Source of the DNA: Narcine bancroftii
Taxonomy: Eukaryota
NCBI RefSeq assembly: GCF_036971445.1
Contig: NC_091474.1
Coordinates: forward strand, 9,486,001-9,550,000
Reading direction: 5' to 3'
Length of the DNA stretch: 64,000 bases
Both the position numbers and the translations under genes were made by a program. Positions 37,348 through 48,799 of this stretch are shown here, piece by piece; position 1 is the first letter of the stretch; each line of letters starts with the position of its first letter. The notes below the pieces were generated by a model. The model was not told the origin of the DNA and did not search any database. It saw only the letters and a program-made list of their open reading frames with translations.

Positions 37348-37521
37348 GAGAACAAAGTGTATTTTAAAGATTTAAAGTGAATTAGAATTCAGTACAATGA
37401 CGAGATACAGAACTCAATTAAAAATAAGATGGCATTCTGCAACAGGACCAGATATTTCAGATGTTTTGCCCGTTGAAATCGGGATAATCCTCAACCGATA
37501 ACAGGTCTCTCAGAACAAAGT
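37348..37521 (+). repeat. Left arm of the inverted repeat flanking the ZBTB46 promoter
   Basis: Reverse complement of 39399-39546, apart from two short indels and a few substitutions. Confidence 0.93.
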
Positions 37522-38590
37522 CAGGCTTTGGGGGGGGGGGGGGGTGTGGGGGACACAATAATGGGCCAGGCCGCGGCCTTACCCCGCACCGCGCTCTCCA
37601 TGTACTTTCCAAGCCCGACTGCAACTCTAGGCAGAGCCCGGGGTTGGGGGGGGGGGGGAAAGCCGGCGGGGTGGTGGGGGGTAGGGGGATGGGGACTTGA
37701 CTCCATCTCCACCGAGGCCAAGGGACGATTCAAGCCGAAAGACGGGCGTTGACGCAGCAGGAATCGGCGTCCGGCCTCGCTCCCCACCCCATCCCACCCC
37801 CCCCCACCCCAGTTTCCCGGCCACGCGGGGGGTAGAGGGGGTTACACTCAGTCCATCTTTAAACCCCTTGCACCCACCGCCGCCGACCAACGGCCGGAAG
37901 GATCGAAAACACCACAGAAAATACCGGAGTGCCCCATAAACAAAGTAGCTCAGAGGCAGGGGAGAGGGGGGGAGAGAGAGAGGGGGGGGGTGGGGAGAGA
38001 GAGGAAACGGACAGGCGCCGCCCGCCAGTCACTCACCGATTAACCCATGTATGTGTGGAGCAGCGGATCGGGGCCCCGAGACCAGTGCACAAGAGGGGGG
38101 GGGGCGAGGTGGGGGGGGGGGGGGGGAGAGAAGAAGAGACGATCCCGAGAAGCCGCCGCCTCCTCCTCCTCCTCCTCGCAGCCTGAGTGAGTAACCAGGA
38201 ACCTGCTCTGGCCGCGAGCGGAAACGGCAGCCTGGAATTGTGGGTAAGGAATAGACCCACCCCTGGCTGCTCGATGAACCCGGGGCGCGCTGCGGAGCCG
38301 GCGAGGTGCGAACGGACGCGCAGCGCCCGGCCCGCTCTTCGGGAGCCCGCCACGCGCGACTGGCACGGCCCCGAGCGCGACTGGCACGGCCCCGAGCGCA
38401 AGCTGCGCCGCATCGTGCACCACACGCGTGTTTTTGAAGTCTCTGCCATTCAGGGGTCGACCCCAGTAGGTCGGGTTCGTCACTGCCCTGAGCAACTGCA
38501 CGCCGTGGGCCAGCTGATGTCGAAACCACCGCCCAGTGTATTCCCACACTAAAACGACTCACCGGCTACATGCATAAGAGCAGCCGTTTA
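37522..38590 (-). promoter_or_regulatory. ZBTB46: CpG island: probable ZBTB46 promoter and non-coding exon 1
   Basis: The only large CpG-rich non-repeat block, about 21 kb upstream of the coding exon on the same strand. It has G-tracts, a (GAG)n(GCG)n leader, and minus-strand donors TCG|GTGAGT (38037/38036) and CCG|GTGAGT (38563/38562). Confidence 0.8.
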
Positions 38591-38675
38591 GACTTTCGAA
38601 ACATGCAGTGCGATGCACATGCCAACATCGAGAGAATTCATTAACGGTGGGATCTGACGGATTTGATCCACAGAA

Positions 38676-39213
38676 GCAACGCACATCATCTAGTCTTGAC
38701 AGCCCCAGTGCTTAACTACTTCACTGGCACTTAACCGACCCTGCTTGCAACTTGTGCAACGCACATCATCTAGACTGGACAGCCCCAGTACTTCACTGGC
38801 ACTTACCCGACCCTGCTTGCAACTTGTGCAACGCACATCATCTAGACTTGACAGCCCCAGTGCTTAACTACTTCACTGGCACTTAACCGACCCTGCTTGC
38901 AACTTGTGCAACGCACATCATCTGGACTTGACAGCCCCAGTACTTCACTGGCACTTAACCGACCCTGCTTGCAACTTGTGCAACGCACATCATCTGGACT
39001 TGACAGCCCCAGTGCTTAACTACTTCACTGGCACTTAACCGACCCTGCTTGCAACTTGTGCAACGCACATCATCTGGACTTGACAGCCCCAGTACTTCAC
39101 TGGCACCTAACCGACCCTGCTTGCAACTTGTGCAACGCACATCATCTAGACTTGACAGCCCCAGTGCTTAACTACTTCACTGGGACTTAACTGACCCTGC
39201 TTGCAACTTGTGC
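38676..39213. repeat. Minisatellite of 7 units alternating 80 and 72 bp (152-bp higher-order period), followed by (TA)n
   Basis: gcacatcatc recurs at 38681, 38761, 38833, 38913, 38985, 39065 and 39137. Confidence 0.95.
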
Positions 39214-39398
39214 CCGTGCATATATATATATATATATGCAAGAAGTGTCCTTAATTACATTGTCTGGTTTTGAATAAGCAGATGTTGGAATATTCTTGAT
39301 AAACAAGGAGTGGAAGTATGCCAGAGTGGACAAGAATGTGCAACTGAGCTGACAGTCTGCCGTGATCTTCTTAAATTACACAAGAGGCCAACTAACCA

Positions 39399-39546
39399 AC
39401 TTTGTTCTGAGAGACCTGTTATCGGTTGAGGATTATCCCGATTTCAACGGGCAAAACATCTGGTCCTGTTGCAGAATGCCATCTTATTTTTAATTAAGTT
39501 TTGTATCTCGTCATTGTACAGAATTCTTTAAATACACTTTGTTCTC
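39399..39546 (-). repeat. Right arm of the inverted repeat flanking the ZBTB46 promoter
   Basis: actttgttctgagagacctgttatcggttgaggattatcccgatttcaacgggcaaaacatc... is the reverse complement of the left arm. Confidence 0.93.
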
Positions 39547-40229
39547 AATTTTTGCTCCTAACTTGTACGATCATTTGGACAGATATAAACTTCCTGAAAG
39601 ACCTTGGGTGCTTTATGAATTCAAAAGTAAAAGCGTCGTCCTGTCCACGAAAGCACACACTCTCACACACTGCGACCTGGGTCCACTTTATGAACTTAGA
39701 ATTAAGAAAATATATTCACTGTTGCCGAGACCAACAGATCATCTGGGAATGATCACCCATCTCCAAAGGAATTTATAAAATGGGAGAGTACAGAGAAAGC
39801 AAATACTTTGCTTTACGTCTTCCGAATATTTTGAGACCAGAATATGGAAAGCAAAACAAATCTATTCAAGGAAGGAAGGAAGAAAAGAGAGGAAAAAAAT
39901 AGGGAATTGCTTTCTAGCTATCCTTACAAATCTTGTCAAGTATATTGGCCTTAATGATCAGGGGTGTGATCATAGAATACTTCTTAAAAATTACAATATT
40001 GTTGGCAGAGTGACAGTGATCGTCACAGATGTGTGAAAGGGGAATGTTTAATTTTTTGATGCTATAACAATTATGAGGTGAATCTTTTTTTAAAAAAAGG
40101 AGGGCCTTTGACTTGGAACATGAACTCTGTTTCTCTTCCCACAGATGCAGCATGACCTGCTGAGTATTTCCAACATTTTCAGTTGAGGATGCATTTGGAT
40201 TTACAATTTTCATTTAGGAGCCACACCTG

Positions 40230-40973
40230 ATTTAAGTAAATCCAGAATTAAATGGGAAGATTTTTCTTTTGATATATCTCAGGAGGAATGGGAAGTTATG
40301 TGTTGAGATAGTGTGACTAAATTACTTAAATGCAAGATAATAGTTTAGTTAACTATAATTTTTTACATCAGTTAGACTTGATTCCTTAGAAGTTAAGAAG
40401 GTATGGTTTTAGTAATTCAGATTTATATTTTAGGTGTGGAACATTTGTACACGCAGTTTGGTCTTGTGATAAGGTTCAACCATTTTGGAAAAAAAATCTT
40501 TTTGGAAGAATTATTTAAGATTAAATTACCATTGGATCCATTAATTTTTTTGGTTGGGTTACTCTGTACTTTTAGTTACTGGTTTAGGGTTGGCCAAGTT
40601 TCAGATGGCGTTTGTTCATTTAGCATTAGTGGTAGCACGGAAATGTATTGCAATTACATGGAGAGATAATGTGGAATTCAATCTTGCCCGCTGGCATAAT
40701 GAGTTGAGATCCTGTATTTATATGGAGGAAATAACATATAATTTGCATAATAATTATTTTTTTTTGTTCAGATGTGGTGACCTTATTTGAAATTTATGGG
40801 TTTGGAAATATCTTAATTTTTTTTATTGTAAGTTTGACAGATCACACAGCATATGTAATTAACTGATATGTTTTTTTGCTCTCCTTGAGGGGTCTGTTGT
40901 GGGTGGGGGGGGAGGGTGGTTTTGTTTATTTTTGTTTGTTTTTTTAAATTATAAATAAAGTTTTTAAAAAAAG
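40230..40973 (+). mobile_element. L1-clade LINE 3' fragment
   Basis: ALVVARKCIAITW..WHNELRSC remnant, G-rich UTR, AATAAA and A tail. Confidence 0.75.
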
Positions 40974-42074
40974 GGAACCACACCTGACATGAGGACCACA
41001 CCTGACATGAGGACCAAACAGTAGGTATGAAGGGATTCACAAAAGAAAGCAAGGAATAAATGGGGCATTTTTGAGCTGGTGTGGTAGATAACCTTTGGGA
41101 AAAATATTTGGGTTTAATTATTTACAATCCAAATCATTGATTTAAATGAAACAGCCAATGCAAAAAAATAAATCATCATTACTTGTCAGAGATAGGAACA
41201 CAGACTAGATAACAAAAAAATGGTACTGTGAAAATGAAATTGAAATGGAAGATCAGTCATGAACTCGATGACAGCGTGACGTGAATTCTTGGACATAAGC
41301 AGCGGGCTCCAGAGAGCCTTAAAAGCTGCAGCACGAAACTTGAAGTAAATTAGTTACATTTAAAGAGCACACAGCTGCTGTCTCAGTTCTTCTCGCGCTC
41401 GTGCACACACTACCAGAATAACTTAAATAGTGCTGGCAATGACATTAAGAATGAAATGACATACAGTGTCAACCCTTTCATGGATGTAACAACTTCTACA
41501 CAACTTTCAGATTGTAGGTTTCAGCTTTTAAGTTACAGCTACTTTATTTTATCTCGTCAATACAAGATAAACATACAAGCTCTTTGGACCTAATTTGGAG
41601 CCATGGATTCAGCCACACTCTGGTCTCCCCTGATGTCCCTAATCCAGACCCTGAACCTGGCCACACAGCATCTATTGATGTTTCATTACTTGCCAATACA
41701 ATGCATTGAACACAATTTACATCTTGACAAACAGGATTCCAAAGGAGAGGGTTCTGGAGGAACTGTTCACGTACATGATATTAATAACATGTGGCCAACC
41801 TCAAGTTCACAGAGGGGAATAGCAAGTCTGCAGAAATATAAGACTTATTGCATCCCATTTCGGTGTTTGTAGAAAAATAAATTTGAATGTGATCTGCAAA
41901 AGTACACAGGCACACCAGAGAGCCCGTATAAGCCCGTATAAACAAGCTGGAAAAATACATTGAGCTTGAATGGGTAAGTATGAGTATGACGGGTGGAATA
42001 TAACCTGAATGAATTCTTTTGGTTGAGAATAGGGAAAAGTGGAAGATTTTGACCCAGGTTCAAATCTGCCACTG

Positions 42075-42545
42075 TCTGAACAGGAGTTGGCCATATGGTC
42101 TGCAGAGCCTGCTCTGCCATTCATCAAGTTCATGACTGATCTTCTATTTCAATTTCATTTTCTTCTCACCAACCCCATATCACTCAATCCCCTTCATATC
42201 CAGAATTCTGTTTTGAATTAATTCAGAGACTGATTCTCCGCTCTCCTCCATGGCAATAAATCACAGATTCACTGGCCTTCGTATGAAGAAATTTCTCCTC
42301 ATTTCATTCTGAATTGACCTATTCCTTAAAATATGATCCATGATTTTAGACTCCCCAGCAAAGACAAACATCCTCCCTGTATCAAGTACTTTCTCTCTCT
42401 CTCTTCTGAATTTTGGAGAATTCTGAGTATAATCATCTGTGGGTAACCTTGCTATCTTTGGAACTAGTACAGTGTATGCATTGTTGCACTCCATCTGAGG
42501 CAATCATATCACTTTTTTAGGTAATGAGACCAAAACTGTACACAT
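42075..42545 (-). mobile_element. Old CR1 3' fragment
   Basis: EMRRNFF.R.PVNL remnant and a CR1-type 3' UTR. Confidence 0.55.
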
Positions 42546-43329
42546 TAATTCAATGGTTCCCCATTATAGGTGTAACTGAATTTGAAGAGGGATTCCCCAG
42601 ACTTTTCCAATAGAGTCAAAGGCTATGTAAAGTGGACTATGCTGTTCATTAAAGAGGGATTCCCCAGCCTTTCCAACAGTCAAAGGCAAAGTGGACTGTG
42701 CTGCCCATGGATTTTTCTTGGTTTCCAGATGATGGAGATTATGATCCTGCCTCTCTGCCTCGGATGAGTTCTTAATTCTTGGATAAGCGAAGTATAGATG
42801 TTCGGGCCCAAGATGATATTTAGGGTACTCAAAAACCCACACATCATTGTTGTGCCTTCTCCATTCATTGAATATTCTTTCAATCCCAGGTTTTCTGCTC
42901 AACTTCTGACTTGAAGTGTTATTTTTGTGGAAATTCAATCCAGGAATGCCATGGATTTAAGGTTATTTATTTCCAAAATGTTCTGATCATTATTATCCAA
43001 CCACTTTGGTTTCTTTTTGTTAGAAAATAATCTTTTTACTGTTAACAAATATATAACACCTCAGGGCAGCCCATAAAAAAATGGGCACTTTATTTTTCAA
43101 TAGGACTGGTTGTTCGTGAGACGCTACCGAGAAAAGTTTGTTTTGGGGGGAATCTTGAGATGTTTTGGGGACAGTTTGAAGGAGATAGTCACATAAATTA
43201 GGCAGTATTCAATTCTGCAGCCTGTCATGTTGCAGTCACTCAAGGACATACTTTGGCCATGGTTATTGCAATAGATATGCTGGAGGAACTCAGCAGGTCT
43301 CGCAGCATCCATATGAGGTAAAGATATAT

Positions 43330-46300
43330 TGTAGCAGCGGCTACACTACTAACTGAAGGATTGCACAACCAGACAGGTTGAGTTCAATGAGCAAAAATTG
43401 ATTTATTGCAGGCTGCCAGGCTGGTCTTATACTCCCAACCCGGACCTGGCTGAGAACTGTGCTGGGGGGCCCTGACATCACCGGGGCGTCATGTGGGTCC
43501 CCAAGCTTGGGCGTCTGAACCTGGTGCCGAGGTCGGGAGTAAATTGCCCCGACAGTGCCATTTTGGCTGGCTGCCCCACCGCGTGCGTGACAAGCGGGGC
43601 CGGTTTGCCTGCCTAATGGCGTACCACCACATAGCACCCCCCACCTGCCCAGAACCGGCGCCAATGTCCTTTTGCCAGACGGCCTCGCTTCATGGGTTGG
43701 GCCACACTATTACTGGTTCAGTGTGGTCGAGGTGGGCTGGCTTTAACCTGTCCACTGTAAACAGTTCCCTCTTACCACTGGTGTCCAGTGTGAAAGTGGA
43801 TCCTGAACGCTGGAAGACTTTGTACGGCCCTTCGTATGGTCTTTGTAGAGGTGCTGTGGATGGGCCCCGCCTGATCAAAATGTACAGCTTGCTGGGGACG
43901 CAGGAGGCCATGTGCCATGTCTGGGCAGTGGTGGGGGTGTGAAGGAGTCCAACTGGGCCCGGAGATGGTGAAGTAGACCGTGTGGTAACTGCTGGGGGTT
44001 GTGCAGTGCATTGACGACCTCACCGGGTAGGGCACCATAGACCAGCTTGGCTGATTATGCCTATAGGTCCTCTTTGGGTGTCAAGCGGATGCCCAGGAGC
44101 ACCCAAAGCAGCTCGAACACCCAGTCAGGGCCGGTGAGGTGGACCATAAGTACCGACTTAAGGTGGCGTTGCAATCGCTCGACTAGCCTATTGGCCTGTG
44201 GGTGATAGGCCATGGTGTGATGTGGCTCAATCCCTAGCCTGTTGGCGAGTTGTGCCCAGAGCACAGAGGTGAACTGGGCACCCCGATCACTGGTGAGGTG
44301 GTTTGGGACACCGACCGGGCAACCCAACCGTTCAAAAGCGCTTGGGAGTAGGCGTCTGTGGAGGCATCTGGCATCGTGATTGCCTCGGGCCAACAAGTAG
44401 TGTGATCTACCACTGTGAAAAAGTAACGGTTACCTCGGGAAACGGGCAAGGGTCCGACGATGTCCACATGTATGTAGCTGAACCGTTCGCGGACATGTTC
44501 GAAATCTTATACGGGCTCTCTGGTGTGCCTGTGTACTTTGGAAAGCTGGCAATGGGTGCAGGTTCTGGCCCAGTCTGCAATCTGCTTCCGAAGCCCATGC
44601 CAGATGAAACGTTCTGCCATCATACGGACCGTGGACCTGATGGAAGGGTGGGAAAGGTCATGGATATGGTGGAAGGCTTGCCTGCACCACTGCTGGGGAA
44701 CCACAGGTTGCCGGGTGCCCATGGAGACATCGCACAGGAGAGTGCCCTCACCATGAGGAGTCGGGAGGTCCTGGAACCGCAGGCCCATGACAGCAGTCCT
44801 GAAGGCCCGCGTCTCATCGTCGGACTCCTGGTCCTGGGTGAGCTGGTCAAAGTCGAGGACGGGTGTCAGCGTGCAAATGGCCGGTCGTGAGAGTGTGTCG
44901 GTGACCACGTTGTCTTTCCCCGCCTTGTGCTGAATGTCGGCGGTGAACTCTGACACAAAGGAGAGGTGAGACTGGTGGCGGGCCAACCAGGGATCTCTTG
45001 CCATAGCGAGCGCCTGAATGAGGGGTTTATGGTCGGTAAAAATGGTGAAAGGCCTCCCATCCAAGAAATAGCGGAAATGACACACCGCAGGTACATGCCA
45101 AGCAACTCATGATCAAAAGCGTTATACTTGCGTTCTGGTGAGCGAAGAAGTCAGCTGAAGAATGCCAGTGGTTTCCACTGTCTGTTCACCTGCTGCTCCA
45201 GGATGGCGCCGACGGCTGTGGCAGAGGCATTGACGGAAAACGCCATATGCAGGTCGGTTCGTGGGTGGACAAGCAGGGTAGCCTTCACGAGGGCATCTTT
45301 TGTGGCTTCGAATGCCCTGCTGGCCTCTGGAGTCCAGGTGAGTGTCTTGTTTCCATACGTTCAGTTCTCCGTCGAATTGGCTGCACGGAGGGGAGGTCCT
45401 CGAGGCCGGTTCTGGGACTCGATGGCTGTGGTCAGGGTGACGCTGATCTGGGCCCCGGTGTCGACAAGAAAGCATAGGCCTCTGACTGAGTCCTGCAGGT
45501 AGAGAAGACTGTGTTCTTGGCCAGCTGCCGCAGCCATTAACAGCAGCCGGCCTGCTCATTTCCCTGAAACGAGCAGTGCTGATGACACTTCCAAGCCTTG
45601 GCTCCCCAGTGTTGGTGGAAGAAGCAGAGACCTGAAGTGGATGACTTGCTTCTGGCTATGCTCTTTGAGACCCCTGCAGGAGCCGGGTGTTCCAGTGCAG
45701 CACTAGAGGAAGGCTTGGTGTGGTCATGCCCATGACTTGTAACCTGCTAGACTGCTGAGCCCTCTCGGAATCGTTCGAGCCATAGCTCCTGAGCCTTTTA
45801 AGTGACCTTCCTAGGGTCGACAAAGCTCTCCTGGGACAGTAACGGCCGGATGTCTTCAGGCAGATGATCGAGGAAGGTGCGCTCGAAGAGTGGGCAATTG
45901 GTGTGATCACCCATGAGCGCGAGCATCTCATCCATCAACTCAGTTGGAGTTCTGTCCCCTAAAGCATTGAGGCGCAGCATCCGAGCGGCCCGCTGGCACC
46001 TGGAGAGGCCAAGGAAGCTGGTGAGAAACCGCTTGATGGTCCTGTACTTATCTTCCATGGGTGGGTGCTGAACGAGGTGCAGCACTCGTTTGGCAGTAGC
46101 CTGGTCCAGGGCAGCGACCACATGGTAAAACTTGGTCGAATCCAATGAAATTTAGTAGAGGTGAAATTGAGCCTCTGCGTGGCTGAACCAGGTCTCCGAC
46201 TCCTGAACCCAGAAGTCAGGAAGCTTGATGGCTATAGCGTTGATCAAAGGGTCATTCATGTTGGGTTCAAAGACGTTTGAACCTGTCGGGGTCACCAATT

Positions 46301-46599
46301 GTAGTGGCGGCTACACTACTAACTGAAGGATCGCACAACCAGACGGGTTGAGTTCAGTGAGCAAAAACTGATTTATTGCAGGCTGCCTGGCTGGTCGTAT
46401 ACTCTCAGCCTGGACCTGGCTGTGAACTGCGCTGGGGGGCCCGATATCACTGAGGCGTCACGTGGGTCCCCAAGCGTGGGCTTCTGAGTACGGTGCCGAG
46501 TTTGGGAGGAAACCCCCCAACGGCGCCATTTTGGCCGGCTGCCCCGTCACATGCATGACAAGTGGGGCCAATTCGCCTGCCTAATGGCGTTCCGCCACA
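43330..46599 (-). mobile_element. Gypsy LTR retrotransposon, decayed, with the RT domain deleted
   Basis: TG..CA LTRs at 43330-43631 and 46300-46599, and a 4-bp TSD ATAT. The PBS TGGTGACCCCGAC is complementary to the tRNA-Trp 3' end, and the PPT is at 43632-43645. Remnants of gag, protease (FLVDTGA), RNase H (FTIFTDHKPL) and integrase (DIVGPLP, SDRGAQF, YHPQAN, GPY). Confidence 0.93.
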
Positions 46600-46603
46600 A
46601 TAT

Positions 46604-47225
46604 AAACAATGTTTCGAGCCTGGGGCCCTTCTTCAAAGGCAGACGGCTGAATTAAAACAATGGGGAGAAGGGAAGAATGACCAACAGACAGATTAGTCTA
46701 CCACTATCAACTCGGCTCTCACCCACATATCCTCCATTACCTGCTCATCTGTCTTGGTCCTCCTATCCCCACACACAACATGGACAGGATTCCCCTTGCC
46801 CTCACCTACCATCCCACCAATCGCCACATCCAATGTATCACCCATCTTTCACTGTCTCCTTTCCTCTAGCTCTTTCTCTCTCTCTCTCTCTCTTCCCTTT
46901 CCCTCGGTCTCCTTTCCCCCATCTCTGCTTCTGCAGAGCCAAAAACAACCCCTCACCAGTCAATTCTCACCTTTCCATTCTCCTGTGTCTCATTCATATC
47001 CAATCACCCACCTTTCGTCTGTTGCTGCTCCCCATGCTCATTCGTCCCTTCTCACAGCCTTTTAATTGAGGTGCCTGTCTGCTTTTCACTCATACCTTGA
47101 AAAATAGCTGAAGCCTGAAACGTTGGTTTTTATCTTTACCTCTGATGGACGCTGCGAGACCTGCTGAGTTCCTCCAGTACTTCTGTGTTTTTACCACAAT
47201 CACAGCATCTGCAGACTTTCATGTT
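46604..47225. mobile_element. Penelope-derived element hosting the Gypsy insertion (left part 43277-43329)
   Basis: gctggaggaactcagcaggtctcgcagcatcc at 43279 continues after the Gypsy. An inverted copy lies at 47090-47222. Confidence 0.7.
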
Positions 47226-47326
47226 TGGCTCGTTGGTTAATTGCCATGAAATCCTACTAGTGTCTGAGGTGCAAAAGCAATTTAGCTTCAATTTCTGCTA
47301 AACTTTATGATGATATCCAGCAATAG

Positions 47327-47556
47327 TTTGCGAGACCCTGCTGTGCTCGGGAGTTATCGCCCAGCCTGCACCGAGAGGCTAAAAAAGGAAAGGCAAAAAA
47401 GATAGGCACCAAGGACAAGATGAGACACCATGGCAAGATGGCAGTGATGACTACCTGGAGAACTGACGACTCGTTTGACACTTCTTCCTCAGAGAGTGTA
47501 AGCGGAACAACTAGTGACGAGGCGAGCACCTGCGGGACGTCGCAGCTGCATGGTCC
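47327..47556 (+). repeat. Isolated 230-bp copy of the Gypsy gag-protease linker (49039-49268)
   Basis: Direct match with 2 mismatches seen. Confidence 0.93.
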
Positions 47557-48799
47557 AGAACAAAACTATTGTCAGTGAAAAGCAGTGTCACAGAAGTTTG
47601 TGCCATTGCTCCAACACTTTCCTCAATCTTGCTACATCTTCAATTCACCAGTACAGATGGTATTTTCAGATATAGACCTCAGAACTGTCACAAAACACGG
47701 TGTACCAGGCATCAGTGATCCTTGTCCTTCTTACTATATGTTCCTTTGAGCTGGATTACCTGAAGCAAGATATTCACATAAATATCACCAATAAAATCCT
47801 TAAAATTCACTGAAAGCATTGTTCAGTCATATGAATGTCCTTTTCTGAGCCAACTTACTCAGTAGCAAAGTCCTAATAACACACAGTTACGTTGGTAAGG
47901 CTTGCACAACCAACTAACAGACTCTCACGTTCCCAAAACAGATTTTCAATTTCTGTCGTGGAAAAAAAAGTAGACAGACAGAAGAAAATGTTCTCCTCCA
48001 AAATGTGCTCAAAGCCTCCTTGATAATGGCAATATCCCCATTAACTCCTTGAAATCTTTGAGGTGTCTAATCATTCAAAGTGGAGAGGAACATACGGGAT
48101 GGAATTGACAACCTTGGGCCCATGTAACAGGAGCACACAGAGGACAAGATTAAGTGACAGATGGAGCAGACCACCTCAAAAACTACTCTCCTGACCATCC
48201 CATCCACCATCTCCCTCATCTGTGCATTAATCTCCAGTTCCCACATTAATCACATAAGCTACTTTCAACCCATAGAATGGATGTCAGTTGCCCTTGATAC
48301 TAAGGAGAGTCAAAGAGGAAGATTTAACTGAAATAAACTATCTCACTCCTCCAATCAAATCTTCTCATCATAAAGGACAAGTGGAGCACACTTGGCCTTA
48401 AATGAAGGATTAAATGCAACCTTTACAATTTATAAAGGGAACAGTGGGAATAGCAACTTAAAAAATAATTCAGTTCATAAGAGAATCATTTGTTCAAGCA
48501 ATGTTCTTCATGAAGGAGAGATATATATTTATGGAGGCAGTTCAATAGAGATTCATTAGGTTGATTTCTGGAATGACCTTTGTCTCAGGAGGAACAAATG
48601 ACTAGGTTGAACATACAAGAACCTACAGGAAAATCCAAGCAGAAGACCACCTGACCCCTAAACCCTACCCAGCCATTTAGTTGTCCCCGGCTTCAAATCC
48701 TCTTCTGCATCAGACTCACATGGCCACCATTTTTCCAATCTGACGAACATTTATCATCTGCTTCCTTAAACGAATTGATACACAACCTCCACTGCAGAC

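Noticed and set aside
37521-38562. Multiple overlapping ORFs in the CpG island
   Set aside because: Low-complexity Gly/Pro/Arg frames are expected from high GC content, and no domain is recognisable.
38676-39213. CRISPR-like array or retrozyme
   Set aside because: Units are contiguous with no unique spacers, the context is eukaryotic with no cas genes, and there is no CUGANGA/GAAA core.
40977-41015. 18-bp tandem duplication after the L1 tail
   Set aside because: Simple slippage duplication with no further structure.
42564-42938. 124-aa minus-strand ORF as a novel gene
   Set aside because: No recognisable domain or splice context, and it partly overlaps a tandem duplication.
46286-46298. 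tRNA-Trp gene
   Set aside because: Only the 3'-terminal 13 nt are present. This is the Gypsy primer-binding site.
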